Source: Podospora anserina (taxonomy: Eukaryota). From it: DNA of 64,000 bases. Below, piece by piece: positions 35,533 to 49,849 of the stretch; position 1 is the stretch's first letter, and each line of letters starts with the position of its first letter. Under the pieces are notes generated by a model. That model searched no databases and had not been told where the DNA came from. It was given only the letters and a program-made list of their open reading frames with translations. Made by a program: the position numbers and the translations under genes. The DNA lies in contig CM030338.1 of NCBI GenBank assembly GCA_017654855.1, positions 1,984,001-2,048,000 on the forward strand, in the 5' to 3' direction.

Positions 35533-37217
35533 GATTGCGGTGAGTCGACTTGAGCTCAAAGTTGTGATGGTGCTAGGTGAGGTTGGAGGTGTTACAGTGC
35601 TGGAATCAGATGGGTCTGGGGGGCTTCACGCTGATATATCCGTTGGCACCCAATCACTTGTGCTTGGGGGGGTAGGGGTGGTCAGACAGCCTTTGTTGGA
35701 TGGTTGTGATAGCGACAGAGCCTGAAGGTGAAGGAACCCTTGCTAGTGTTTAGCAGAGAGAGGAGGCTTGTCAAGACGCCGTCAACTTATTGCAGGCGAG
35801 CAGACGTTGGTCAACGGTGCCAAAGGTTAGGGAAGCCACGGGTATTCCTGATGATCGGATGGAACGGAAGGCAACGTGCTGGTGGCCGAGATGGAGACGG
35901 GAGGGGGACCAAACAGCCAGAGTCCCTGGGTAGTCCAATGACAGCTCTGATGGGAACAGTAATGGCTGGGCCACAAAGAAGGTCGATGGCTGCTTGTCAG
36001 GGAGCAATTTCAGTGCTGTTTGCGATATTGATGCTGGAGGTGGAGACACTGGGGTGCTGGTCTCAAACACAAGTGTGAGATTGGGGCTGCGAACTCCTGG
36101 GTGGGAGATGGACCACGGTCAGTCTTTGTTGTCTGCAAGTCGCATGAGACACTCTGGTGGTCAGGACTCACCAGTCAACGGCGGTTCTCTTCCGTCTAAT
36201 ATCCACCAGTGGCTGGACCCTCAACGTAGCTGATGTGGGTGCAGGATGCTGATGTCAATGTGGAGGTGAGAAGGTGCGTGCATGTGGGTGTGTGGGTAAA
36301 AACAAAAGTGTATATAGTGTGTAGAAATACGTATGTATGCGGGTAAGGAGGGCGCCCCCTGCCTTTCAAGAAGCTGGTCCTGAATCCAGCCTGGATCCTT
36401 GGGCGCAAGGAACCTCGAAAAAGCAGCGGCTAACGACAAGCAGAACACGAAAAGGTGGCGGGAGCAGGCCGGCCTAGACGGAACAGACAGTGGTTTTGAA
36501 AATTCCCAACACGGTGGTTCCTGAAGACGATAGTCCTGACGATCGTGGGGGAGAGCGCAAGAAATGGCAGATCGAGTGCATGCAGAAATGTATGCAATAA
36601 GCAGCTGTCACTCTGCTGCCGAGCTGGTGATCACCACGAGCAGGGCCGAGCCTAGAGGCTTGGTGTTGGAGGTGACTGGCTCCGCTCTTGTTGAAGAGCG
36701 TGTGGGTGGTGAGGGCTAGTGTGTGTATGGTGAGAGAGTTCCGGTGGTGTCAGAGGAACAGTCAGTATGTCGAGTTGGGCTTGTCGTGGGTTCATGCAGG
36801 TGTCGAAACAATGCTAGACCAGAGAGAGAGTGCTTCCCAAAAAGGAGGCAGGAGACGGGGGAGGAAAATATAGAAGGGATCGACCGCTTGTCACACAGAA
36901 AAAAACAGTTAACAGCTACAAATTTCTGAACATTTGATTTGAGGCTTCGAATCGGTAGGCTGTTGGGGTTGGGACCACAGACGGCAGCACAGAGGGCGAG
37001 AGAGTACGACAGCGGACAAACGAGTGGGTGATTGTTCGACTCGATAGCCAGTTTGAACTTGGCAGCCCAACTGCAGGGTGGCCAGGCACTGCAGGACGGA
37101 CTGCAGCGGCAGCGGGCTTTGCTCTCAAGGCGACTCGATTGGGACCTTGGGAGTGTCGGGTCGCACTGTAGTTGCATGTATATCGGGAGCGTGCAGCGGG
37201 GTCTGGGAGAGACGACG

Positions 37218-37256
37218 ACGGTGGTGGTGGTGGGGGTGGTGGTGGTGGTGGTGGTG
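37218..37256. repeat. Imperfect (GGT)n microsatellite
   Basis: GGTGGTGGTGGTGGGGGTGGTGGTGGTGGTGGTG read directly. Confidence 0.8.
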
Positions 37257-40200
37257 AGGGGGTGTGCCAAACGCCGACGATTCAGCCATGGCCTCAGCCA
37301 GCATGGGTCCATGTTGCAAGACAGCCCCCCAGCCCGTGTTCGACTTTACTCTTGCTGTCCACCAGGCGGCAACACCGTTATTACGATGCGATAAGTGCCA
37401 CGGGAGCTTGACCTCTCTGTGATCTGTGGCACCTAAGTAAACATGTACTGATTAAGGGCCTGATACATTCCATATACCTCATGTCCTACCTTCTTGACAT
37501 GATGGCAGAGGCCGTGGTGATATCGCAATGTATGCTGCCCCTGGCAGTCCTAAATCTCGCAGAGCAACCAACACGAGGGACGGCCGACTGTCGGCACAGT
37601 TGTAGGAGCACTGTATTCGTACTGTTAGGTGCTGGCCTGGTGAGGAGAGAGGTGAGACAAAATGATGAGGCGTCAGCCGTCGAGCTGCTCCTGGATACCT
37701 GGTAAAGGTCCAAGCTCCTCAAGCTCCTCAAGCTTCCGCCAGGTTAGGTAGATCCCGTCCCTGTGGGGCCGGGGCCGGGGTTAGCTACGGGGGTCCACCG
37801 ACTGCGGGAGTTCGCGATTTCCTGGATCCCAGAAACAGCTTCCCAAAGAAGGCGCGACAGCTTCGGCGAGGTGGAGTCGTCGAGAGCACGAGCCAATTGT
37901 CTGATGAAAGTGTCAAAAGTTTATCATGACAGATGATGCCCTCTTCTATGCTGTGCTCTGCTCCTCAGGCAGATACCGAGATGCCCAAACGATTTGACGC
38001 GCATTGCCAAGGACACAGTCATCCTGCCAGTGGATATGGGGCGATGATCAATACCTCGGTATGCTCCTTGTTGTGCACAATCTAAGATCTCCATCTCCGC
38101 CAACAGATGCCCAACTCTGCTCTCCCTCACGAAGCAGGCTAGAGCATTAATCATCGCTTAGGTGACCTGCCCAACTGCTGCCATGCTGCGGCCAGAGATG
38201 CACGCAGTAAGCAGCAAGATGGATGGGGAAATCAAGGGATGCACTTGTCGCCGAATTCTGCTCTTTCTGCATTGTTGCGCTTCCAGGTTGTCAGGCTTTT
38301 GATGTGACGCTGCTGATTCGACTCGACCGGTCTCCGCCAACCGCTGTGTACCGTACCCGAGCATAGCCTAATGGTGCATTTTCAGGCCAAACACCTTCTA
38401 TCATCAGAAATCAATTGCCCAGTGACAACTGGGCAAAAAATAACATATAACCGCATCGATGCCAGAGCTGCAATTGCACCAGGAGAGTGCGTGCTGACCA
38501 CACCACACTCAACCGTTGGGCAGCACCTACCTCTAACGCAATCGAGCAACTTTGGAAGGAACACCCGAGACGGGAACAACCAGGGCACCTCACCAAAGAC
38601 AGGAACAACAGGAGAAAGGCAGGAGCACCTTACTTCATGGAGAGAGAGAGAGGAAGCTACCCCCACTACCTCGACTTTTATAACTGCCATCTATCTGCTG
38701 CCTTATCTTTTCCCGTCGTTACATTTCCTTATCAAAGGGGAATATTCCTGCTGGGTCAGACTTGCAACCAGTGCAACTGCCGGTTTTCTGATTACCTAAT
38801 CATGGCCTCGACGAGTCTCCGGCTCTGGCCAACTTCACCACTTCTTCGTCTCCTCATATCTCACTTCTAACCTGCTGTCAGATGCGCGGTACCAGATTGC
38901 CGGAACGGCCCTTGCCCACCCGTCCGCCGTCTCTGGTCAACTTGACGAAAACCGCATTTGACAGCATTGGCCGACAATCTCTGCTGTTTCTTGCCAATTC
39001 TTGCGGGGTCGGTTTACCTCTTTGGAGGACATGGTGCTACAGTTGGTTCTCACCACGCCCAGCCGCCAGGATTCCTCGGTGGAAATGAAACCACTCTCTC
39101 GGGACCAGCATTCGGACGTCCATCGTTGACCTCATCGTTTTCTGACCGCCAGACGCCATCATTTCTTTTGGGCATGGAATCTCGCTGGCTCGTCGTGGAT
39201 TTCCACAGCTCTCAGAAAGGAGAAATGTCCTCCGATCCTGGCTGGCATTGACTGCCTGCCAACCACCTGCGATTACCCCCCCCTCCATACAGGCTCCTTT
39301 GCAGCACATCTCGGGCAGTCTGCCCTATCAGACGCCACCAGATCAGCCAGGCCACAGTTTGTGGCTTCCCCTCCTCTTGAAACAGCAACCGCCGTCAACC
39401 AACATGTCTTGCTGTCGTCGCATGCATTGGGCACAGATACAGACTGTACATGCTGGTCATCACCAAAGCCAAGCCTCCCGGTCCAGATCTCGACAGGTCC
39501 CTATGTTTCTTCGTCCAACCACATCTTGCCCAAGTCAACCAATCAGCGGCATGAAAAGCAGCCCTTTCCCCCCAGGTTTTGACAGCCACAGACTAGGGGT
39601 GGCCCAAGCGGCCAGAGGATAAGTTACACAAACAAACTTGTAGCGGACCGACGTGTTTCTATGGCTATTCCCCTTTCTGTTTCTCTTGCATGGTGAGAAA
39701 TGCCACGGCGATCCAACTGGCTATGAATCAGCCTGACGGCGGAAATGGCGCGCACAAACAAGACGGTGGCTGGCAAGCCTTTTTCGACCATCATCAATCA
39801 CCACTGGTTAGTGCAACTGGGCTGTTACCGAGTTGGTGGTAACCTCCGTAACCTCTCGGAGGAAAACACCACGGAAAATCATTGCTTCCGACAGCGAAGG
39901 ATCCAGCCTTCCAGCCAACACTAGAAGGATCATTTTTGGCAGGCGAAGTGTCAGAAGCAGCCAGAGCGGGCGCGGCTGGAAATATGTATCTGGCTCTGAC
40001 ATCAGGGCTTCAGACAGCTGGCGTCTTACTCGCGAGATGGTGTGCTATCGACCTCCCAACCTGGGGAGGAGGTTGGCCCAACATGGTAGTCCGTAGCCGT
40101 CTTGTCCCAGCTGGTTCCGAGGTTTCAGCATTGGAGCACCTGTTGGTTGCGTCCATACCACGACCGCAACGCTCACCACGATGGTTCACAGTGCTGACGC

Positions 40201-42108
40201 TGCGCTCATGCATCTCCTGGCTGGTTCCACAACGCAGGGCACATCGATAGCCACGGCAAGCGTACCCTTCGCAACTTGCAACACCAACACCAGGCATTGC
40301 TACAAGAGTCCGAACCTCTCGGTCTTTGATGCGCACCAACGACCTTTGCATAGCTCCTTCACTAGTAGACGCCGAACAAGCTAGATCAACATCGCCAACA
40401 ACGCAGCACGCAGCAAAAGGTCTTGTCAACGATTTGTTTTCCTGATAAGCTCATCGGTTCGACTTGGATGAGACACGAGAGGGTCTAACTGAGAGCAGCT
40501 TACGACTTCCGACGCCAGTCGTCTTGATCATCGCCCGCCTCTTTGCTCGGTTGCAACGCGCACTGTCAAGTATGTACATCCAGGCATATCACGACAGCTA
40601 TGCCTAGGATCACCTTGTCCTCGATGGCCAACCCCTTTTTGTGCTCCCACAGCACGCTTTCAACTCGACGGTAGCCTGGGCACCTGTGTAACCCACCCCA
40701 AAGGGCAATTCAACGTACCGCCTAATCTTCGAGTCTGGGTCCGTCCATTGTGAATATCTCAACCACTCATCCGTCCCTCCTATTTTCCCGATGTCTGCTG
40801 TGCTACAAACCCAGTCGGCGTGTCCTGTCCATCTGGTGTTGATTGCCGAAGGAAACTGTATGAGGCCTTATCCCCGCACCTGTGACTGCCTGCGTGATCA
40901 GCAGCTCATGGCCGTTTAAATGGCAATGATGTTGGGGCTATCCATGCCCACGTAACACAACCGCTGCGTGTGCGTCGTGTCAAGCCATTTTTTCTAAACA
41001 TGCATCGATGAGGCATCTGTCAGGGCACGAAACGAGGGGAACGGTCACAATCGATTTACAAGACGACAAAATCAAGGCATATCCACACCTTGTCAGATCA
41101 TACCGGCTCGCGTCCCATGCGAGGATAGTCCACACGCCGACCACGATTGAATCCCTTATCAAGAAGGACATGTCTTTTATTAGCTTGGTTTGACTGAAAA
41201 CCAATCATCTCATCACTACCCTCCATCCCATCATGGCCTCCACCGCAGCCGCACGCATGTACACACCACGACCCTTACACAAAGAACTCCAGATTTCCGT
41301 GTTGATACTACACTGGAAGGGCCTATCCTTTCCACTTTTGTGTGTCGTAGTCGACGCAACCTAACGCTTACTTTTTTTCCCCAAGAGCATGGTGTACACT
41401 TTTGCCAGGAAACCAAGGAGAGAGTCTCGCCTTGTCGATGAGACGGCCATCTTGTTGATATTCATGATATTCAACGGCCATATCAATCAGGAACAGCTTT
41501 TTTTCTTTCGTGTAGCATCCAGCTCGCTTAACTGTCCTCCCAAGGTTAATCCAAACAAGATCCTTGCAGGCCGTTCTTGTGTGATTTTTTGGGGTTCGTT
41601 ACAACATGGCACCAACAGAAGCTCATCACCCCCTGCCTATCCCGCTTTGTCAACCACACCCACAGCCTTTTTGATTAATGGGTTTTTTCGGAGTATCGGG
41701 ATACACGGCAGGAAGGATAGGTCACGAGATTGCTCACGGGGGTCTGGGGTGTGACTGGACAGTGTGTGGTTCTGCTCTGACCGCACACCATCTTTTTTGG
41801 GAGGGAGTGTGCGGCGGTGTACAACACCTTCTGATGTCTGCGTACGCAAAAAAGCTGTGAGATTTGAGGTACGGATGGGTAAAGGCGGGTTACTGGTTTG
41901 GGGGATTCCGGTTTTTATTGCTGACGTTTATTTGGTTATCAGCAATGTCTGTTTTCATATCTCGATCGATAAGCTTGATGTCTTTTGGGAAACGGACGGT
42001 GCTGACCGCTTCCTCGTTTGAGTCTTTTTGTTTCTTAGAAGGCGTCGCCAACAAGGAAGCAAACGATAGGCGAGACGAAACGAGCAAAAGGGCCGCGATT
42101 AGAAGGTA

Positions 42109-42224
42109 TGTTGCTGTGGACAGAATAGATGGCGCTATCCTTTTGGGCATAATGAATATCCTTCAAGATGTATTTTTTTTCTAATAATTACTCGGCAGTA
42201 CCAGTTATCTTGTCCACGACGACA
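42109..42224. mobile_element. MITE-like dispersed repeat, copy 2
   Basis: Left end TGTTGCTGTGGACAGAATAGATGGCGCT and right end GCAGTACCAGTTATCTTGTCCACGACGACA are imperfect inverted repeats. Confidence 0.5.
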
Positions 42225-43335
42225 TGGGAAGGTAAAGCAGAGCAAGGCAAGGGATGGAAATCCTTCGCGGGGTACCACCACCACCAACTCAAGATTGAAA
42301 CGAACCAACAAGGGTGCCCAAACAGAAAGGAGGCTTGCATCGAACCGGTCTGTCGGTCTCGATGTTCTCCACATTTTATTTCTGTTTTGAGGATGAAAAG
42401 TGACATGATCTGACGATGATGGTGGGCTTCAGTCCATGCAGATAGATAGATGCTGGCAGCACCGCCGACCTGGTGACTGGTTGGGGATACGATCTGGGGG
42501 GATATGCACCGTCGGCAAGTTTCTACATGAGAAGGAAGGGTGCTAAATTAGACGGCACCATTGAAACAGGAAAGAGCAAAAGGAAAAAGAATCACCATCT
42601 GCACAGAGGGGTCAGAAGGGCCGGGGAGGTGGGAAGGAAAAAGAATCATGAAAAGCACAAGAACTCGAAACAGGTGTGTGAGAATTTTAAAAAGAAGAAC
42701 CGCTAAAGGTAGACGCCAAAGGGCCAACGATCATGCGACAGGGCAAAACCGATCAACGTGAGGAAAAAGGTGAGGGATATAGGTACATGGCATGTAGATG
42801 ATTGACTATGAACAGGCCCCAGGTGATGGATGAAAAGAAACGAAATGACTCTCTTCTCACAGAAAATCAAGCTTCAACCCTCAGAAGAAGGAAAAAAGAA
42901 AAAAGAAGAAAAAACCCGAGGAAACCCCCCCCTCCCCCCCCTCTCCTCAAGATCGATCAAAGATCAGGGCTGCAGGAGTGGTGACAGATCGGGGGAGTTG
43001 GTTGTCAAAAGTTCTGTCATTTTCCTCGGCAACCTACCCTCCCTCAAACCTGCCGGATCTCACAGCTCGCTCCATCAGAATCGAAATCTCATCATAACTG
43101 ATCATTTTTGTTCCCTCATTCTTTTAGACATGAATGATGATGATGATGTGTTGTGTTGTTTACATGTTTAACCCCACCCCCGCTTATGATATCTACTCCT
43201 GCAGCCCCTTTTATCAATCTTGAACTCCCCACAACCCATTTTATACATAGCACCACTCTTTTCCCCATCTTCCCCTTCAGACAGCCCGTGTCTCCCCTTC
43301 CCCAAGTGTCCTCCCCTTCAGCCAGTCCTTTGGCC

Positions 43336-46300
43336 TTACTCCTCCGCCAACCCCGCCTCCCTAACCAACCCATAAAATACCCCCCTCTTCTCTATCAACC
43401 TCTCAGGCGTATCAAACTCCACCACCTCCCCCCTCTCCAACACCACGACTCTATCACTATCCAAAATAGTATTAATCCTGTGCGCCACAGTGATAATCGT
43501 CCTGTTCGCAAACAATGGTCCCCTCAGCGTGTTCTGCAACAGCGCATCAGTCTGGACGTCCACCGCGGCAGTGGCTTCATCCAAAACCAAAATGTTAGAC
43601 GGGGTGAGCATGGCTCTTGCAAGGGAGACTAGTTGGCGTTGGCCTTGGGATAGGTTGGATCCTGAAAAGAAGAAAAAGGGTTAGTAAACGGTGGGTAAAG
43701 GGGTGTGGGACAAAGAGAGAAAGAAGAGGCGGCCAATGAATGCTGTTCCCAAGTTTGTGTGTGTGTGAGAGAGAGAGGCTTGTTAAGCTTGATCCTGCAG
43801 CCAAACTCGCGCCGGTGTGATAGACCCCACACGGTGAATGAAAAGGCCCAAACTTGGCGTTTGACCGTTGGCGATTCTGAAAGTTTGGGATGCTCATTAC
43901 TCCCAGTTGTTGCTGCTCTGCTTTATCGCCCTGCCGGCAGATTGTGGGTGTGATAACCCCTCCACCCTTGCCCCCATGATCCTTGCATTTCGGGGGGGCT
44001 GGGGTACAGAGGGGGTATAAGGCAAGGTGATTAAGGTAGGGAGTGAAGGAGGGGGTGCAAAAGGTAAAGGTGTAGTCGGTGAGCAATTCATGATTCCTAA
44101 GCAGCAGCACACAGGCAGGTTTCTTGATGTTGCCGTCGCAATGCCCTTCGGAGTCCGGCCAGCTTGTGTGTCCAACACACCCTCCTACACACTCTCGGCG
44201 ATCATGCAGGGGGAAGGATTGGATCGTGTATACGACGGAGAGACGGAATAGACAGAGAAAGAACAAGAGCAGACGGCGAGCGAAGCACCGAACTCCTCTT
44301 CCCGTCCTTCTACGCCTCATCGCTCTTCATGTCTCCTTCCGTCTCATCCCATCCCATCCCATCCATCCCAATCCATCCGCTGTTACACGCGCAGATGACG
44401 GCATGCTTCATCTGTCCGTCATGCAGAACGCGCAACGCAAGGAAAGCAGCAACAGAGATATCGCTTTCGTATCAAGAAAATGTGTTCCCAAAGAATATGG
44501 TGTGGCAGCAGCACATGCAGCTAGCCGCGAACGCGCCGCCACCATGCCGAAGAGCGGGCAGCAGAACACCAACACTGAGGGTTGCACAATAACACAAGTG
44601 CGGGAAAGCGAAAAGCCGATAGAAAGCGCAGAGACAATAGGGAAAACCACGTGGGAAAATATGTGGTGCTTACCTCCTTCGTGAATCTTAGCCTCCAAAC
44701 CACCCTCCATGGAAGCGACGTGGTCCTTTAGCCGGGCATGTTCTGTGCAGCAAACAGATTGTTAGTCTTGTGTTCCCGTCATCAAGGCAAATCAGAGGTC
44801 AACAGAAAAACCCATGTGAGCTCCGAGATGGTGGGGGGAAAGACCGAAGAGGGGGGATAGAAACTAGATAGGGGGGCAATGTCACTCTGTGGTAAGTGTA
44901 ACATGTCAAAATGAACGTACCGAGAACACTCCAGAGTTCGGTGTCATCGTGGACGTGGCCGGGGTCGAGGTTGTCCCGAACAGTGCCCTCGAATAGAGCG
45001 GCGTCCTGAGGGATGATGGCCAGGCGACGTCTGAGATCCAAGAGGCCAATGCTTGAGGTGTTGAGGCCATCGATGGTGATGTTGCCCGTGTCGGGCTCGA
45101 TGATCCTGAAGAGGGCTAGGGTCAGCGAGGATTTACCGGCTCCGGTACGTCCCACGACACCAATCTTCTCGTGCGACTTGATGTCCAGGTTAATGTTCTT
45201 GAGAACCAAATCAAGACCCTCGCGGTAACGAGTGCTGTAGTTGTTGAACTCGACTTCGCCGCGGGCCGGCCAACTGACAGGCGGCCGATTGCGATGAACG
45301 ATTTCAGGGGCCTCGCTTGGCAGCTGGGCATATTCAAGCACGCGCTCTACAGACACAATGTTGGTCTCGACCTCGACCGTCTGACGGACGATCCAGTTGA
45401 GGGACGTGGTAATCTGCAGGGCATAAGACATGGCAAAACCAACCCATCCTGCCGACAGCCCGCTGCCATTGACGACCGACATGACGGCGAAGCCAGCGGC
45501 GGCCAGAATCACTACGGCGCCAATAAACTCGAGTCTCACCGCCAACCATCTGTTGGCGCTGATGGAGGGGAAGTAAGCTCGCAAATTGGCATCTACCCTC
45601 CACTCGTTATCGACCTCGAACCTGTCCTGCTGACGGTACGCTCGGATGGTCGAGACACCGCCGAGTGACTCTTGAAAGTGCGCATAGATAGGACTTCGGC
45701 TCACGCTGTCAAGTCTCTTGAGCTCACGGGATGTGCGCAGGTAGTACCGCTGGATGAAGATGTACATGGCGCTGAGGGGAACTATCAGGGCAATGAAGGG
45801 AGGTACAGTGACCGAGATCATGACTAGCGTGAAGGCGGACTTTGCCAGGTTGTTGAACAACATGTTGAAGGTCCGGGCAATCACCTCGTCGACACGATAG
45901 ATGTCACTATGTAAGGGTCGAGTTAGCACAATCTGAGCAACCCTCGCTAAAGGCAGACCGCCCCTTCTGCTCCGCTGTTGGACAGCCTGCAAGATACGTA
46001 ACAGTAACGGAACACAACATGCCCACTAGTGTTGCCCAACCCACCGGAGCCACTCGATTCTCCCGTCTCATACAACAGTAGCTTGTGCCACGCTTCTATC
46101 GGCGAACAGGAGCAAGAACGGGGAGAGCCGAGGGACATAACCGGACAAACAAGGCCCTAAGAAGAAGCAACAGGATACGTACCTTGAGAACCTATTGAGA
46201 ATGCGGCCGGCCGGTGTGACGTCGAAAAAGGACATGGGCGACCTGAAGATCGCCGTTGCCATCCTCTCGTGCAACTTTCTCGATGCCTATGCGAACCACC

Positions 46301-49300
46301 TGTGAGCATGATGCTTGGTTCGCCTGCATCGCCATCGTCAATCTCACTCACCTCAATAGAGCAGAAGATCCAAAGAACAAGCGTTTGCACCACGGTAAGG
46401 GCGGCAGCGCCGACGCCGAACACGAGATAGAAGCCAAGATACCTGCCAGCATTGAGATTGGAGCCGTTCTTGGTGTTCTCGTCTGACCAGCTCTTGAGCC
46501 ACAGATTCCCGCCTGCGTCATCAGAGTTAGCAGGAGGCACATCCAGGGGTGTAAACAACGAAGCAGCTATATATCGTCGGTATGCAAAGTGGAAGGAGAC
46601 ACATTGACTCACCAATTCCCGCAGTTTGAGCAGCGATGAGTGTGATCAGGTAGACACCAACGGCTGCGAGATTAGCAGTTTTGGCATACTCGGTGTAAAC
46701 TGGAACAATATTAGCACCGCGATCGACGATACCAAGATTAGAGAAGTTAACAATGACGTACCTGACCACTTGACTTTGCCCTGTTCGGAGTGCTCCTTTG
46801 CCTGCTTGGTCCTGCTAGGGTTCTCCTCGTCGGTGAGCTTGCCCCTTGGGCCCCTGAAGCTGGCGGCACTGGCACGTCTGAGGGTGGTGTTGCTGCCCGT
46901 CCTAGCCTTGGGTTTCGAGGGGGACGATTGACTGGGACCTGGTTTGATAGACTGGAGCATACTCAACCCTTCCTGGGCTTCCTCGATAGTATCTTTTTCT
47001 TGGCTGCTGCCCTCGGCATCAATGATGGTAGATGTTTCGCTGCCGCTGTCTGTGGGGGATACAGATTGGGAGCTCGGCCCAGAGCTGTCTTGGCCAGCGG
47101 TTTTGATAAGATCAAAGACCAAGCCCTTCATAGCAACAAGCTGCCTGTAGGTTCCCTTCTCGGCGATCTCGCCATCCTTGAGCATGCAAATGTAGTCAGA
47201 TTGGATCAAGACTGGAATCGAGTTCGTGGCGAGGATTCTTGTTTTGGAGCTCAGAAGACCCTTGGGGCCAAGGACGTTATCGATAATGTGACGTCCGACA
47301 TGAGAGTCCACAGCGGATAGGCAGTCGTCCATCAAGTAAATATCAGCTCTCGCGTAAACAGCTCTGGCTAAGGCGACACGGGCCTTTTGGCCACCGCTGA
47401 GAGAAATGCCGCGCTCTCCCACCACGGTTTCGTCGCCGTCAGGAAGCTGAGCAAAGTCATCGAGCAAAGCGCAGGCCTTGACGGTCCTTTCGTAGAAATT
47501 GGAGTCATAACGATAGCCGAAGATGATGTTTTCCTTGACAGTAGCATTCATGATCCAAGAGGTCTGGCTGACGTAGGCGATTGAGCCTCTGATCTCAACA
47601 TCGCCCTTGACCTTCCAGAGGTCGCCAAGGACACTCTGCAGGAAAGAGCTCTTGCCTGCTCCGACACGGCCTACGATGCAGGACAGCTCTCCCTTGTGAG
47701 CAGAGAAATTGACATCGTGCAAGACGTCCTTGTTTTCGTGGCGGTTCCAAGAAAAGGAAGCATCGCGAATGGTGACAGTCTCCTCGCCGAGCTCTTCAGC
47801 TGCTGGCTTGACAATAACAGCATCAGGCTGGATCTCTTCGGCGGTGAGGAACGAGGTAAGGCGACCGACAGCAACACTGGCTTCGATAATGGAGGTAATG
47901 ACCATGGGTAGAACCGCCAGAGGAAAAGTGAGAAGGTTAAAGAGGGCTATGAAAGGTTAGCTCAAGTACTGTGAGAAGTTGAAGAATGATACACACCCAA
48001 GCAGGGGAAGACGATGTCGGTGGTCAGGGGCTTGTCGCCAGAGAAGACAAACACCGCAAATGTCGAGCAGGACACCAAGAAGGGTGTCGAGGACCATGTA
48101 AAGTTGGCAAAGGCCTGGCCAGCACCAATTCTGCGCAGGTTCTTGAGCTCCTGATCGTTTCTGATGTAGTTGAGCCTGTTCATAAAGGCCGCACCCCAGG
48201 CATACAACTTGATGCTCTTCATGTTGTTCACAATCTCGGCAATGAGTCGACTCCTGGCGTCCTTGTTCTTCATTTGCTTCTTTTGCAAATTCTTCATGAA
48301 CTTTGCAATCATGCCATTGATCGGAATCATGACGATCATGACACCAACACCCGCAAGCATAGACCATCCGACGAGCTGGTATAGCGAGGCCAAGCAGATG
48401 ATAATCTGGAAAGGGGCAGACCACAGCTGCTGGGCGAACTGCGTAAGATCCTGCAGCCGCTGGGCGTCCACCGCCATATAGTTGACAATGTCTCCGGTGG
48501 TCTTGCTCTTGCGGCCCTCGTTCGAAAGTCTCAATGACTTCTTGTAGATTGCCGAGGTCAAGCCACCCTTGATCCTCATACCGGTAACGAAAGCAAGCTG
48601 GAAATACTGGTGGATCATGGTGGTCTGGAAGACAGCGATAGCAAACATACCCAGAGCGATCGATGCGCCCTTGATCACGGGCTGGCGCTCCACGCCAGGA
48701 AGGTTCCAGGAGTCGACAAAAGAGAGCAGATACTTCAACAGCTGGGGCTGGGTAAACTGCGAGATATCGTTGCCAATTTTGAACAGAGCAGCGAGCATAT
48801 AAGGACCACCATAAGCACGAATAAGCGCCAACCAAATGGACGGGTTCTTGCGAGTCTTGAGTTGGTGCTCCCAGGCAGTGGCAAACGCCTCACCCGTGGC
48901 CTTTGTGGTATCTGTCTTGGAAAGACCCCAAAGATCCTCCTCTGTCAGGAAAGTCGAGTAACCGTACTTCATAAGTGGCGTCATCCACGAGAAGGTAAGA
49001 AGGGAAAAGACAGTGGCGTATTCCACAGGACACTCCTCTTCGTCTACCAGAGCCTCGTATGTAGAGTTCTTCTTGGGCCACAACCACTCAAAGAAAAACT
49101 CGGCAATCGAAAGGCCAAAGCCGACGCAATAGGTGATAAAGTAGGGCAGGTTGCTGGCAAAGATCTGCTGCGAGATCAGAGATCGAAGTTTGACGGAGAG
49201 GGCGATGATAAGAAATAGCCAGTAGAAGAGGACGACACCGTTGGCGTTTCGCAGTCTTTCGTGCTCGAGCCATTGGATGGTGAAAACCACACCGAGAGAC

Positions 49301-49849
49301 ACGATAGTTGCGACGGTTGTGTACACTCTAAAGTCGCCGTACCAGATACCGGGATAACTGATGATTTGGAACGCAAGTTGAACCGCAACGTTGGCGATGA
49401 TGAGACCGAGCAATACCTATGCGCAATGTCAGCGCAACATCCGTCACCTTACATTCATGTCCATCCAGGCTTTCGCAACCTACCTGCTTGGTCCAAAAGT
49501 GCCAATCCTTGGAAACTGGATTTGGTTTCCTCCATTTGATCAACCACCCGATGGCCAATGACCCAGCAATGATTCCAAATGCAGCAACAGAAGCCACCCA
49601 GACATCGATAAAGCAAGGCGTAAAGTCCCATCGAAAGGGGCTCAAGGGACCCCAACCTTCTTCATTTCCACATAACGGCTGTCTCAAAGTCCTTTCCGCG
49701 CTCAGATACCCATGGCCAAACCCAGAAGAGAGGGAATGGTATCCTGTAAACGATCCGGTCTCAAAGAGAATCTTTTGCGACGACTGTTGCGGTTGCGGTG
49801 ACAAGACCTGCTGCAGGCCGTCACCAAAGCGAGCCACGGCCTCGTCCAT
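43336..49849 (-). CDS. YCF1: ABCC/MRP transporter, Ycf1-like vacuolar glutathione-conjugate/metal resistance pump
   Basis: TMD0 with [24 protein letters not shown]1 GRVGAGKSS / [21 protein letters not shown] / YLMDD. Linker LRRAS. NBD2 GRTGAGKSS / [17 protein letters not shown] / [11 protein letters not shown]. About nine exons. Confidence 0.92.

Noticed and set aside
36716-44684. Numerous 60-240 aa ORFs in the intergenic region and in the YCF1 long intron
   Set aside because: Low-complexity or random-looking translations, many with non-ATG starts, and no splice-consistent gene model.
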